Shown here in pieces: positions 8,971 through 19,411 of a DNA stretch of 53,986 bases (the first letter of the stretch is position 1; each line of letters starts with the position of its first letter). The DNA is from an uncultured Dictyoglomota bacterium (GTDB taxonomy: Bacteria > Dictyoglomota > Dictyoglomia > Dictyoglomales > Dictyoglomaceae). The stretch is from the NCBI GenBank assembly GCA_964654465.1, contig CAZZIO010000064.1, positions 1 through 53,986 on the forward strand, written 5' to 3'. The notes under the pieces were generated by a model, which saw nothing but the letters and a program-made list of their open reading frames with translations, had not been told where the DNA came from and made no database searches. The position numbers and the translations under genes are program-made.

Positions 8971-9888
8971 CTAATATAATTTACCAATTTTAATAATATC
9001 CACCGAAAGGTATGCGGATGGATTTACCGGATTACCCCCTCTTCTTACCTCATAATGCAAATGAGGTCCTATACTAGTTCCAGTACTTCCAACTCTACCT
9101 ATAAATTGTCCTTTCTTCACATATTGGCCAACTCTTACAGCATAAGATGAGAGGTGAGCATAGTAAGTAGTAATACCTCTTCCATGGTTTATTTTTATAA
9201 CTTTTCCATATCCACTTTCCCATCCCACATACGAAACTATCCCATCTGCAGTAGCATATACAGGAGCCCCCCAAAAAGTCACAATATCTATACCCGTATG
9301 AAATCTAGTCCTCCTAAATATGGGATGAAATCTCCAACCAAATCCTGAAGATATAAATCCAAAGGTAGGCCAACGGGAAGGTGTTACAGCAAGAAGACTC
9401 TTTCGGCGTTGTATCTCGTTTTCTACTCGTGCCAATTCTCTCTGTTTTTCATCAATTAATGTTTTTACTTCTATTATCTTTCTTTGAAAATCATATGTAT
9501 CAATATCAGGTGCATAATCAATACCTAAGGAAACCACTTTTTTATCCTTGGGAGGAGGAAGACTTCCTTTTATACCAAGAATACTCTTAAGTTTTTTCTC
9601 TGTTTCCTCCAGTTCTTTTAATTTCTCTCTTAATATTTCTATCTCTTTAATTTGAGCCTTTTGTTTTTCCGTAACTTCTTCTAATATTTCCAAATGCTTA
9701 ACTCTACTGAATTTGTTTGATGCAATCCTATATAGAGTTAAAGATGTACTAATTATACCAACAATGGCAAATATGACTAAGAGAATTATACTGAGATGAA
9801 CCCTTCGTGTTTTTGCAGTAGAAGCATCATGGGGAATTATCATTATAGTAAAAAATTTTCTTTTCCACCACTTACTTTTTTTAGCCAT
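8971..9888 (-). CDS. Membrane-anchored M23 metallopeptidase
   Basis: N-terminal TM, coiled coil, HTGID and [12 protein letters not shown] Zn motifs. Confidence 0.94.
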   Translation of the reverse strand: MAKKSKWWKRKFFTIMIIPHDASTAKTRRVHLSIILLVIFAIVGIISTSLTLYRIASNKFSRVKHLEILEEVTEKQKAQIKEIEILREKLKELEETEKKLKSILGIKGSLPPPKDKKVVSLGIDYAPDIDTYDFQRKIIEVKTLIDEKQRELARVENEIQRRKSLLAVTPSRWPTFGFISSGFGWRFHPIFRRTRFHTGIDIVTFWGAPVYATADGIVSYVGWESGYGKVIKINHGRGITTYYAHLSSYAVRVGQYVKKGQFIGRVGSTGTSIGPHLHYEVRRGGNPVNPSAYLSVDIIKIGKLY

Positions 9889-9948
9889 ATTTACCTCATA
9901 TAGTTAAAAATTAAAGTTAACAAAGCAAATATTAAAATTTTGTAAAAA

Positions 9949-9977
9949 ATTATACCAAAGAATACAAGATGTGTCAA
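9949..9977 (-). promoter_or_regulatory. Consensus sigma70 promoter for M23-bactofilin
   Basis: Minus strand TTGACA (9972-9977), 17 bp, TATAAT (9949-9954), with extended -10 TG. Confidence 0.8.
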
Positions 9978-10073
9978 GAAATAAGATTTTATCTTATTTA
10001 CCTCATATTTACTTATGAAACAAAAAGAGTATAATTTATTAAAATAAGGTATCTATTACAGGAGGAACAAAAA

Positions 10074-10607
10074 ATGACTTTGTTAAAGAACCTTGCAAAC
10101 ACGTTAACAATAACCAGATTTTTTATAGGATTTATCATATCGTATTTAGGGGTTTTAAAAAAGAAAGCTGGTTTAAAATATGCTGTAACTTGGCTAATAA
10201 TTGCCTGGATAACAGATGTTCTTGATGGTTTCTTAGCAAGAAAGTCAAAAGCCCCAAAGGATTGGATTGGAGAACATGATCTCTATGCAGATATGACAGT
10301 ATCGGCAGGAGTTCTTTTTTACCTTACTTCCTCAGGCTTTATATCCATAACCTTTTCTTTATCCTTTCTTATCATCTCTATAATTCTACTTACTTGGCTT
10401 AAGGCAAAAGCAATAGCAGATGGTATCCAAGCGGTACCATACGGATTGATGATTTATACTTCTATTAAAAATGATTTAACTTTAGGAATCTCTATTGTAA
10501 TATATTTAATTCTACTTATAATTATTACATGGCCTCGGTTTCCAAAAGAAAAGGTACCAGAGTTTATTGAAGGAATAAAGAAAATATTCAAAAATGAAAA
10601 AAAATAG
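10074..10607 (+). CDS. CDP-alcohol phosphatidyltransferase family protein
   Basis: AN.LT..R, D..DG.LAR......G...D..AD signature. Confidence 0.9.
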   Translation: MTLLKNLANTLTITRFFIGFIISYLGVLKKKAGLKYAVTWLIIAWITDVLDGFLARKSKAPKDWIGEHDLYADMTVSAGVLFYLTSSGFISITFSLSFLIISIILLTWLKAKAIADGIQAVPYGLMIYTSIKNDLTLGISIVIYLILLIIITWPRFPKEKVPEFIEGIKKIFKNEKK

Positions 10608-11199
10608 TAAAAGCCTCTTACATCTATCTTGGGAAACAGCTTTCTTTTGGGAAGGCTGTCCTTTATGCTTTTTAGTACAAAAATCTTTAAGAAGTTATAT
10701 AGAAAATATATTATATGAAAGCGTTAATGATCCATCTCTGAGAGGAAAGATAAGAGAAAAAGGTGGATTTTGTGAGGAGCATTCTTTGCAACTAATTACC
10801 TTTAATGACCTCTTAGGTATAAGTATCATCTACGAAGATATAATAAAAAATTACACCTTACCAAATCTAAAAAAGAAAATAATAGCTAATAATATCTCTT
10901 GTATATTTTGCGAAAAGGAAAAGGAATACGAAAGACTATATATTCTTGCTTTAGAAGATGTACTTAGAAATAAGGATAGTTTTGAATTATGGAAAGAGAA
11001 TGCCTATGACTTTTGCCAACCTCATAAAGAGATTATTAAAAATATAGCTCCAAATTTATATGCAAAGATAGAACCTTTCTCAAACACAAAAAGAAAAAAA
11101 TACCCAGAACATATTTATAAAGCTTTCACATGGGATAGAGATTATGCAGAGCTTTTCTTAAAAAAACTTCAAATGATAAGGTATAACAAAGCAAAATGA
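10594..11199 (+). CDS. Cys/His-rich hypothetical protein (DUF6062-like)
   Basis: CPLC...YE.VND...R...GGFCEEH...CIFC...FCQPH. Confidence 0.7.
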   Translation: MKKNSKSLLHLSWETAFFWEGCPLCFLVQKSLRSYIENILYESVNDPSLRGKIREKGGFCEEHSLQLITFNDLLGISIIYEDIIKNYTLPNLKKKIIANNISCIFCEKEKEYERLYILALEDVLRNKDSFELWKENAYDFCQPHKEIIKNIAPNLYAKIEPFSNTKRKKYPEHIYKAFTWDRDYAELFLKKLQMIRYNKAK

Positions 11200-11615
11200 A
11201 AGAATGCCCCATATGTAAAAAAATAAAAGAGGAAAAAGAAAAATTCTATAAATCTTTAAATAAACCCATTTATCTATGTAAAGAACATTTAAAAGAAGCC
11301 CTATTATTAAATCCCAGATTGTACCAAGACAAAGAAATTCAAAAAGAGGATATATGCCCAATATGCGAATTAGAAAAAAAGATTATTTCATACTATAATG
11401 GTGATTTCTCAGATCTTTGCCTTTACCATCTAAAAATTTTTGAAGATAAAATTCCAGAAAATACCTGGAAGATACTAATAAAAGAATGGGAAGATTATTT
11501 AAAACATATACATAATGTCATTGAAAGCTATAGTTATAACCAAACTCCATTAAAAGAAAATTATGTAATGGAAATATTAGATCTTCTTTTGGGAACGGGC
11601 AGAAAGATTAGATAA
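11196..11615 (+). CDS. Cys/His-rich hypothetical protein, related to the upstream gene
   Basis: CPIC..LCKEH..CPIC..LCLYH; ATGA overlap with the upstream stop. Confidence 0.65.
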   Translation: MKECPICKKIKEEKEKFYKSLNKPIYLCKEHLKEALLLNPRLYQDKEIQKEDICPICELEKKIISYYNGDFSDLCLYHLKIFEDKIPENTWKILIKEWEDYLKHIHNVIESYSYNQTPLKENYVMEILDLLLGTGRKIR

Positions 11616-13616
11616 TATTTTCTTAGCATAATCTTTCATCTCATTTAAATAATTTCTTTTCTCTTCTTCAGAAAGAGGAGCAAATTTCAAAGCATAATAC
11701 AGACCAGCAAATTTTATACCATCTTCTCCCAAAGGGCGCATCATCTCATATAAACTTATATTATCCTTTATTAAACCTTTCTTTTTAAGCTTCTTTATAA
11801 CTCTTCTAAAAATCCTATCCTCTTGAATAAGCCTAATCCTATCCATTAAATATTGGAAAAACCATATAATGAACAGAATAGATAAAGCAAATACAACATA
11901 TCTATACTCTAAGGTTATCTTATATAAGAGGACAAATAAACCCTCAATTACCTTACCCATAGACGCAAAAAGTACACTTAATAGATTGACAGAGAGGGAC
12001 TTATCTCTTTCTTCTATTAAGGGAGTGAAAGGTGTAGGATCAATAGGAATCCAACCTACTGGCTCTAAATAAACCTCTACCCAAGCATGTGCATTTTTTA
12101 CCTTCACCTCAAACATTCCAGTCCAAGGATTCAAATCTCCAGGACCATAACCAGTAATAAATCTTGATGGAATCCCAATAATTCTTGCCATAACAGCAAA
12201 AGCGGAAGCAAATTGTTCACAATATCCCTTCTTTGTAACAAAAAGAAAATCATCCACTGCATCCATATCATCTGGAAGGGGAGGTATATCAAGAGAATAC
12301 TCATATCTTTCTAAATACTTTTTTATTGCCATCAATTTATCCCATGGCTTTTCGTAACTCTTTGTAATTTCAAAGGTTAAATCATATATTCTTCTGGGAA
12401 GATTTGGTAACTGAAGATATCTTCTAAACTTATACTTGTCTGGAATTTTAGCATTTAGTAGATCCTTAGCTAACGGATAGATATCCTTATAAAAACTTGT
12501 ATATATAAGACCCTTCGGTAAATCAAAAGGCGCTCTATATCCCTCTTCACCATCTATAAATATCAGGGGAGACGGGAAATAAAGTCTTTGACTATTATGG
12601 GGTAAAAATACTATATTACTTGGTATATCCTTTTCAATAAAATATGTAGCTCTATTTAACATACTTTCAGGGGGAGGATTATTCTTTAAAAGAAATGGCT
12701 GAGACATAGTAGTCACATCTTTTATTTCCTCTTCACTCTGATACCATCCAAAGCCATTGTATGTATCAAAAGCAATTCCTCGATGATATACCTCCCAGGA
12801 AGTTAGTACTCTAAATACTAATGTGGAGGATAACATTCCTCTTTGTCTTAAATCTACAAAAGGTGCAAACCCATAATATTCTTCTTTATCAAAAGGTAAA
12901 GGAGGGATTTTTCTTCCCTCAGGCAATTTATAGAGATTTGTATTTTGCATACTATAAGGTGAAGATAATTCTCCTTGAATATTTGTAATTCGTGTAATTA
13001 ATTGAGACATTATATCTTGTCTAAAACCTATATGAATATTCTTAGGCAAGATGGGAAAAAGTAGAAAACCTATAAGTAATACGATAAAAAATGAGATTGC
13101 TACTCTTGAAAATGATGGTTTGTAATTATTTAATAAAAATAAGGTAATTACAAAACCCAAGAGATAAAATAATATAAAGACTATAAAAAGGCTTTCACGG
13201 GCAAAAATTCCTGAAATAACCATCAAAATTAAACTTATAAAGAAGGAAAAAGACAAATCAAGTCTTGTTGGTAAATCGAGGCTATGGAGAGTATTAAGAT
13301 TTATAAGAAAAACTCCTAATGGTAACCTGGGATCAAAAGGATTTTTAATGAGTTCCACAAAAAACTGCCTTAAAAGATAAAGCATACCAATAGTCATAAA
13401 TATTTTTAGAATTACATTATTCTTTCTCCTTCGAAGATAACTAAAAATATAACCAAAAGCTGTAAATAAAAGAATACCCCCAATATATACTGCAGAAAGA
13501 TTTAAGAAATACCAAACCGAAAGGATAGACATAAAAACAAGGTAAAAGATCGCCAGTCTTATTGCAATAGAGTCTTCAATTCTATTATCTCTAACATCTA
13601 TTCTCTTCCTTTCCAT
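11577..13616 (-). CDS. Membrane transglutaminase-like protein (TgpA/DUF3488 type)
   Basis: Multiple N-terminal TMs; GYCEQFASA, AHAWVEVY, IDPTP catalytic triad. Confidence 0.92.
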   Translation of the reverse strand: MERKRIDVRDNRIEDSIAIRLAIFYLVFMSILSVWYFLNLSAVYIGGILLFTAFGYIFSYLRRRKNNVILKIFMTIGMLYLLRQFFVELIKNPFDPRLPLGVFLINLNTLHSLDLPTRLDLSFSFFISLILMVISGIFARESLFIVFILFYLLGFVITLFLLNNYKPSFSRVAISFFIVLLIGFLLFPILPKNIHIGFRQDIMSQLITRITNIQGELSSPYSMQNTNLYKLPEGRKIPPLPFDKEEYYGFAPFVDLRQRGMLSSTLVFRVLTSWEVYHRGIAFDTYNGFGWYQSEEEIKDVTTMSQPFLLKNNPPPESMLNRATYFIEKDIPSNIVFLPHNSQRLYFPSPLIFIDGEEGYRAPFDLPKGLIYTSFYKDIYPLAKDLLNAKIPDKYKFRRYLQLPNLPRRIYDLTFEITKSYEKPWDKLMAIKKYLERYEYSLDIPPLPDDMDAVDDFLFVTKKGYCEQFASAFAVMARIIGIPSRFITGYGPGDLNPWTGMFEVKVKNAHAWVEVYLEPVGWIPIDPTPFTPLIEERDKSLSVNLLSVLFASMGKVIEGLFVLLYKITLEYRYVVFALSILFIIWFFQYLMDRIRLIQEDRIFRRVIKKLKKKGLIKDNISLYEMMRPLGEDGIKFAGLYYALKFAPLSEEEKRNYLNEMKDYAKKILSNLSARSQKKI

Positions 13617-13652
13617 AACCTTAATGATTTTACTTCACTCCAATAAGTTTTT

Positions 13653-14753
13653 TCAAGCTTGTGTAATAAACAAAAACCTATTTAAAAATTCCTGAGGATC
13701 TTCTTTTAATGTATAGATCATAAAATTCTTGCTAAAAATATTCTCTTCATGAAATTCAACCCCTATAAAGTTTTTATGGCTAATTTTCCCATCCCAGAAT
13801 AAGTAATCCAGTGAGAAAACCAAATCTACCTTATTATGATCATATGAACAATCTTCTTTTGAATTCTCCTTAAGATCCATTTCTGCCAGATAAATCCTTA
13901 GATCTTCTATATTTTTTAGATTAATATATTCTTTATCTGTCAAAGCCCTTATGAATAGTTTGGTATTTAAGAAAAAAGATAATAATGCAATAGAATGTAC
14001 AAATCTTAAAAGCTCATCAAATTCTTTTTCTGCCACTTTATCCTTCTTACCTATTTTATTATCTATTAAAATATAAATTTCTTTTCTCGTTAACTTTTCA
14101 AAACTTTTAGAAAGAAGCTTTCCCTTTTTAGCAGAAGCCTTCCAAGCTATTACTTTTAGAGGATCTTGAGGTTGATAATCTCTCAAAGAATGGAATTCTT
14201 CTCCTTGTACAGAAGGGATAGAAAAAGAAGTTTTTGTACCCCCTTCACCAATAAGATAGAGATCCTTAGACAATGGATAATATAAAGGATAAACATATGA
14301 AATACCATTTACTCCATATTTCTTGTAAAGATATAAAAGTCCTAAGGATCCTGTAAATTTGACTCTCAATTTATTAAAGGATGTAACTCCCCTTTTCTCA
14401 AAATTGTACATCAAAGAAATTTCCTTTTTTTCTTTTCTACTTAATCCTCCCACAAAAACCTTATCTTTCCCTAAAAGAACATAAATCTGACTTTTAGGAA
14501 TATTACCTTTATTCTCGATAAATACGCATATGTTTTCTGAAGTTCCTTCCATTACAAGTTTTGGAGTTTTAATCTCCAACGTCAAAAAAAGAGGTTGTAA
14601 TATCAATTCTAAAAGATTCCATAGGAAAAGGCTAAAAATGAAAGAAGACATTAGAATTACTGGTACAGAATAAACATTAATACTCACCAATAGAATGATT
14701 ACATCTAAAAAAAAGAGTAAAAATCCTAATGGTGTGAAATTAATATAAATCAC
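13653..14753 (-). CDS. DUF58 domain protein
   Basis: EEFHSLRDYQPQDPLKVIAWKASAK motif; lies between MoxR and transglutaminase. Confidence 0.9.
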   Translation of the reverse strand: MIYINFTPLGFLLFFLDVIILLVSINVYSVPVILMSSFIFSLFLWNLLELILQPLFLTLEIKTPKLVMEGTSENICVFIENKGNIPKSQIYVLLGKDKVFVGGLSRKEKKEISLMYNFEKRGVTSFNKLRVKFTGSLGLLYLYKKYGVNGISYVYPLYYPLSKDLYLIGEGGTKTSFSIPSVQGEEFHSLRDYQPQDPLKVIAWKASAKKGKLLSKSFEKLTRKEIYILIDNKIGKKDKVAEKEFDELLRFVHSIALLSFFLNTKLFIRALTDKEYINLKNIEDLRIYLAEMDLKENSKEDCSYDHNKVDLVFSLDYLFWDGKISHKNFIGVEFHEENIFSKNFMIYTLKEDPQEFLNRFLFITQA

Positions 14754-15712
14754 AATACCCTTACCTTTGGTATCTTTACCTTCTTTAAAATATCTTTCAC
14801 AAGCTCTTCTCTACGAGATCTGGTTGTATTATCTCCTTCCGCTGGCACTATTCTATGCACAAGTACAGGAATAACCATTTTAATTACATCCTCTGGTATC
14901 ACATATTCCCTTCCATCAAGTAGAGCAAAAGCTTGAGATCCCCTCATCAAAGCAATAGAGGCCCTTGGCCCTGCCCCAAGGGAAAAATTAGAATCTTTCC
15001 TTGTAGCATCAGTTATATTTACAATATATTTAAGAATATCCCTATCAATATAAACCTCTTTCACTATATCTTGAGCCTTCAAGAGATCTTCCTTCTTCCA
15101 TACCGGTTCTATTTTTTCAAGAGGATGGTAAAGTTTTTGATTTTCCAACATTTCCACTTCCTTTTCCAAAGGTAAATATCCTATAGAAAGGGAAATAAAA
15201 AATCTATCTAATTGGGATTCGGGCAAAGGATAAGTTCCAAAATGCTCTCTTGGGTTCTGCGTAGCAATAACCATAAAGGGTTTAGGTAAGAAATATAAAA
15301 CACCGTCAATAGTTACTTTTCCTTCATCCATAGCCTCTAAGAGACCTGCTTGAGTCCTCGGAGATGTTCTATTAATTTCATCAGCCAAAAGTATATTAGT
15401 AAAAATAGGTCCTGGCTTAAATTCAAATTCTAAGGTTTTAGGATTAAAAACATTTACTCCTATAATGTCAGAAGGCATAGTATCAGGTGTGAACTGAATC
15501 CTCTTAAAATCTAATTCAATACTTTCTGCCAAAGCCTTAGCAAGTACAGTTTTACCAACTCCCGGCACATCTTCCAAAAGTACATTTCCCTTACTAATCA
15601 ACGCTACAATCATATAATCAATTATTTCATCTTTTCCTATAATAACCCTCTTAACATTCTCTCTTAAAACCTTTATTTTTTCTATTATCTCATTTAAAAT
15701 AGTACTCTTCAT
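14750..15712 (-). CDS. MoxR family AAA+ ATPase
   Basis: LLEDVPGVGKT, RIQFTPD, LADEINR, ATQNP, LPESQLDRF. Confidence 0.96.
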   Translation of the reverse strand: MKSTILNEIIEKIKVLRENVKRVIIGKDEIIDYMIVALISKGNVLLEDVPGVGKTVLAKALAESIELDFKRIQFTPDTMPSDIIGVNVFNPKTLEFEFKPGPIFTNILLADEINRTSPRTQAGLLEAMDEGKVTIDGVLYFLPKPFMVIATQNPREHFGTYPLPESQLDRFFISLSIGYLPLEKEVEMLENQKLYHPLEKIEPVWKKEDLLKAQDIVKEVYIDRDILKYIVNITDATRKDSNFSLGAGPRASIALMRGSQAFALLDGREYVIPEDVIKMVIPVLVHRIVPAEGDNTTRSRREELVKDILKKVKIPKVRVL

Positions 15713-15720
15713 AATAACTA

Positions 15721-15912
15721 TTATCCTCTCCTTAACCTATTAATCATGTGTCTTATAACTGCTATGATACCACCAACAGTCATGACAAAATTAAAAATGT
15801 TTAGATAAAATTCAAATGGGAAAAACCATTTAGAGATATAATGAATAAAAACCACTATCTCTAAAATAAGCCCCATAAAGAGGATAACTAATATTCCTCT
15901 ATAAAATTCCAT
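15721..15912 (-). CDS. Small two-TM membrane protein
   Basis: 63 aa, two hydrophobic segments, SD AAGGAGG, operonic spacing. Confidence 0.7.
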   Translation of the reverse strand: MEFYRGILVILFMGLILEIVVFIHYISKWFFPFEFYLNIFNFVMTVGGIIAVIRHMINRLRRG

Positions 15913-15940
15913 TCCATAACCTCCTTAAATATTTTCACAA

Positions 15941-16399
15941 TTAAATTTTACACCAAAATCTTAACTTATTTACAGCCCTCTTTTTATAAACCTTTACACT
16001 ACTCGGAGAAAGCCCTAAAATCTTTGCAGTCTTTCTTATGCTTAATTTATTGAAATAAACTAACATTACTATCTCCTTTTCTCTTTTCGATAAACAAGAA
16101 AAATCAATTATCTTTTCCTCTTGTACTTCTTCTTTGTAAACCTCAATTTCCCCTAATTCCTCCACATATTCTTCCTCATATCTTAATCTTGTCCTTATTC
16201 TTAAAAGAGCATAATACAGAGACTTTTTTAAGTAAGAAGATAACTCTCCCTTTTGAGGGTCATACCTTTTTAGGAGCTCTAATAATGCTAATTCACCTTC
16301 CTGTTTAAAATCCTCAAAATCTATATCCTTTGTAAAAAGAAGCCCTAAATATTTGTAAAGCAATGGTTTATAAGCCAAGAATAATATTTCTACATTCAT
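15941..16399 (-). CDS. Minimal sigma-70 family sigma factor (regions 2 and 4)
   Basis: EDFKQEG.LAL.....YDP.KG..SSY; LSKREKEIV...S....A.ILG.S..SV...K.RA..KLR. Confidence 0.85.
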   Translation of the reverse strand: MNVEILFLAYKPLLYKYLGLLFTKDIDFEDFKQEGELALLELLKRYDPQKGELSSYLKKSLYYALLRIRTRLRYEEEYVEELGEIEVYKEEVQEEKIIDFSCLSKREKEIVMLVYFNKLSIRKTAKILGLSPSSVKVYKKRAVNKLRFWCKI

Positions 16400-16564
16400 T
16401 TTTCCCTTCCTCCCATAAAATTTTCTATATTATATTTACTATTTGTAAAATTATCAAGTTCTTTTTTATCTAATAGTAAATTTCAAAAATTGAAACTAAA
16501 CAATAGTTGATCTAATAAAAAGTGATATAATAATTAGTTAAAAGAGAAGAAGGGAGGGCAAATC

Positions 16565-17149
16565 TTGATATTAAGCGATAGAGATATAAAAAAATATCTA
16601 AGAGAAGGAAAACTAAACATACATCCCTTAGATGACCCAGAAAAACAGATTCAACCATCTTCTGTAGATTTAAGATTGGGAAATATCTTCCTCCACTTTA
16701 AAGTTGAAGGTAGAGCATATATAGATCCTTCTCAAGATAAACCCCAAGATTTAATGGAAAAAATAGAGGTAGAAAATGGAAAACCCTTTTTCTTAAGACC
16801 TGGTGAATTTGTTCTTGGTACTACTATTGAGACAGTTAAACTGCCTGATGATTTAGTGGCAAGGGTAGATGGTAGATCAAGCCTGGGAAGACTTGGAATT
16901 ATCGTACATGCAACGGCAGGATATGTGGATCCAGGTTTCTGTGGACAAATCACCTTAGAGCTTTCAAATATAAATCGGGTACCTGTTGCACTATATCCAG
17001 GCATGAGAATATGCCAAATATCTTTTTATACCCTCACATCACCCTCCGAGATTCCATATTATAAAAAAGAGGGAAGTAAATACCAAAATCAAAAAGGGCC
17101 AACTGCCAGTAGGCTTGATATAGATTTTTGCAAAAAGGAGGAAAAATAA
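16565..17149 (+). CDS. dcd: dCTP deaminase
   Basis: MILSD, IQPSSVDLRL, GRSSLGRLG, HATAG.VDPGF.G.ITLE, KYQ.Q. Confidence 0.95.
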   Translation: MILSDRDIKKYLREGKLNIHPLDDPEKQIQPSSVDLRLGNIFLHFKVEGRAYIDPSQDKPQDLMEKIEVENGKPFFLRPGEFVLGTTIETVKLPDDLVARVDGRSSLGRLGIIVHATAGYVDPGFCGQITLELSNINRVPVALYPGMRICQISFYTLTSPSEIPYYKKEGSKYQNQKGPTASRLDIDFCKKEEK

Positions 17150-17150
17150 A

Positions 17151-18020
17151 ATGGAGTGGAGAAAAGTATCTTTTGGAAAAAGAGAGGTTTGTTATGAAAT
17201 TACATTAAATAACTTAAAAATGATTGTTACTGCAGATGTAGGACCAAGGATACTCTTTTTTGGTTTTAAGGATGGCGAAAACGTTCTATTTCATGATGTA
17301 GAAGAAAAACTATCCATTGGCGAAATGAAACTTTACGGAGGACATCGTTTTTGGATATCCCCAGAATCTAAGGATACCTATAATCCTGATAATAGCCCCT
17401 GTAAAGTAGTAGAAGAAGAGGATAAAATAAGCTTCATTTCCTTTGACCCTATCACCCAAATGGAAAAGAAATTAAGCATTTTAGAGAAAAATGGTAATTT
17501 TATTGTAAGACATATCCTAACAAACAAAAGTAAAACTCTATATCCTGGAGCCATATGGGCTTTAACCTGTATTCCCCCTAAAAAGGGCATTATCTTTTTC
17601 CCATGGGGCACAAGAGGAGATTGGCAGCTTAAAAAGATTATTTATTGGCAAAAATGGGGTGAATCAAGTAGTACAAATATAAAAAGTAGTCAATTTGTAC
17701 CAGAAGAAGATCTCTTTCTCATTTATCCTTCAGGAGAAGAAGGAAAAGTAGGTACCGCTGGTTACGAGGGTTTCGTTGGAGTTACAACAGATAATTATAC
17801 TTTTATAAAGAAGTTTAATTATATAGAAGGAGCTCTTTATCCAGATGATAACTGTGCTATAGAAGTTTATACATCATCCAATTTTTGTGAATTGGAGACT
17901 TTAAGTCCCATGTATACTCTAATTCCAAATGCTGAGGTCATGCATGATGAAGAATGGATTCTACTTCCTTATAAAGTAGATCCCCAAAATGGGTATGAGG
18001 TGAGAAAAATCTTGAGGTGA
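17151..18020 (+). CDS. Hypothetical protein, galactose-mutarotase-like fold (DUF4380-like)
   Basis: D.GPRI, YGGHR.W.SPE, Y.PDN, ELETLSP motifs. Confidence 0.65.
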   Translation: MEWRKVSFGKREVCYEITLNNLKMIVTADVGPRILFFGFKDGENVLFHDVEEKLSIGEMKLYGGHRFWISPESKDTYNPDNSPCKVVEEEDKISFISFDPITQMEKKLSILEKNGNFIVRHILTNKSKTLYPGAIWALTCIPPKKGIIFFPWGTRGDWQLKKIIYWQKWGESSSTNIKSSQFVPEEDLFLIYPSGEEGKVGTAGYEGFVGVTTDNYTFIKKFNYIEGALYPDDNCAIEVYTSSNFCELETLSPMYTLIPNAEVMHDEEWILLPYKVDPQNGYEVRKILR

Positions 18021-18025
18021 CCTAA

Positions 18026-19408
18026 ATGGAAAAGAAATTTATAATAGTTATCTTTGGCGGATTAGGAGATCTAGCAAGGAATAAAATATATCCTGTACTT
18101 TATAGTCTTTATAAGAAGTATAGGCTTATAAATTGCACAAAAATTATAAGTACAGGAAGAAGACCTAATATAAATAAGGAAGAATTTTATAAGATATTAA
18201 AGGAATCTATAAAATCAGAAGATAATAATTTTTCAGCCCTTTTCGATTTTGTTAAATTAGATCTAGAAAAACCAGAAGATTATATTAACCTCAAAACCGT
18301 CATATCTAATTATAAAGATGATGAATATATCTTTTATCTTGCTACTCCTCCTTTTACCTTTGAAAATATAATTAAAAATTTAGGTGAGTTTCTAAAAGAT
18401 TATCCAAATAAGAAAAAAATTGTTATTGAAAAACCTTTTGGATACGATCTTGAATCAGCAATAAAACTAAATAAACTTTTAAAGAATTATTTCAAAGAGG
18501 ATGAGATATATAGAATAGATCATTTTCTCGGTAAGGAAACAGTACAGAACATCTTTGGCTTAAGATTCTCCAACATAATATTTGAAGGTATATGGAACAG
18601 AAACTTTATAGATCATATTCAAATCTCCGCCTTAGAAGACATAGGAGTTGAAGGAAGGCTCGGATATTATGATAAAGTAGGAGCTTTAAGAGATATGATA
18701 CAAAATCATTTAATACAAATTTTATCTCTCATAGCTATGGAACCTCCATGCTGTATAGATGAAAAGGCAATAAGAGATGAAAAAGTAAAAGTTTTAAAAA
18801 GTATTAGAGAGATAAAATATGAAGAAGTACCAAACTTTGCAGTAAGAGGCCAATACAAAGGATATCTAATAGATGAAAATCTTAATAAATCAAACACGGA
18901 AACATATGCGGTAGTAAAATTTTATATTGAGAATATAAGATGGGATGGCATACCTTTTTATTTAAGAACAGGTAAAAAATTAAAGAAAAAAGAAACCTCT
19001 GTAATCATAGTATTTAGAAAAATCCCAGGCTTATTTTCTAAAATTTTAGATTGCATTCCCCAAGAAAATATTATTGGTTTTAAAATAGCACCTGAAAATA
19101 AAATAGTTTTAAATTTCCAACTTCGTCCCTTAGGAGGGAGTATACTCTCTTGCCCTATGCCTACATCTATGGAATGGAGCGGACCTAACACTGAAGCATA
19201 TGAAACCCTATTTTTAGATATCATAGAAGGAGATCAAACTCTCTTTATAAGAGAAGATGAGATAGAAAAATCTTGGGAGATTGTACAACCAATATTGGAT
19301 TTCTGGAAAAATGATCCCAATATCCCTATGTATGAACCATACACTTACGGACCTAAAGAGGCGGAAGAGTTTATAAGAAAAGATGGCAGGGAATGGAGGT
19401 ATCTTTAA
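18026..19408 (+). CDS. zwf: Glucose-6-phosphate 1-dehydrogenase
   Basis: FGGLGDLA, EKPFG, RIDHFLGKE, RDMIQNH, LRTGK. Confidence 0.96.
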   Translation: MEKKFIIVIFGGLGDLARNKIYPVLYSLYKKYRLINCTKIISTGRRPNINKEEFYKILKESIKSEDNNFSALFDFVKLDLEKPEDYINLKTVISNYKDDEYIFYLATPPFTFENIIKNLGEFLKDYPNKKKIVIEKPFGYDLESAIKLNKLLKNYFKEDEIYRIDHFLGKETVQNIFGLRFSNIIFEGIWNRNFIDHIQISALEDIGVEGRLGYYDKVGALRDMIQNHLIQILSLIAMEPPCCIDEKAIRDEKVKVLKSIREIKYEEVPNFAVRGQYKGYLIDENLNKSNTETYAVVKFYIENIRWDGIPFYLRTGKKLKKKETSVIIVFRKIPGLFSKILDCIPQENIIGFKIAPENKIVLNFQLRPLGGSILSCPMPTSMEWSGPNTEAYETLFLDIIEGDQTLFIREDEIEKSWEIVQPILDFWKNDPNIPMYEPYTYGPKEAEEFIRKDGREWRYL

Positions 19409-19411
19409 TAT

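Noticed and set aside
8564-9888. M23 peptidase-bactofilin pair as a novelty
   Set aside because: This is a widespread, already described cell-shape module.
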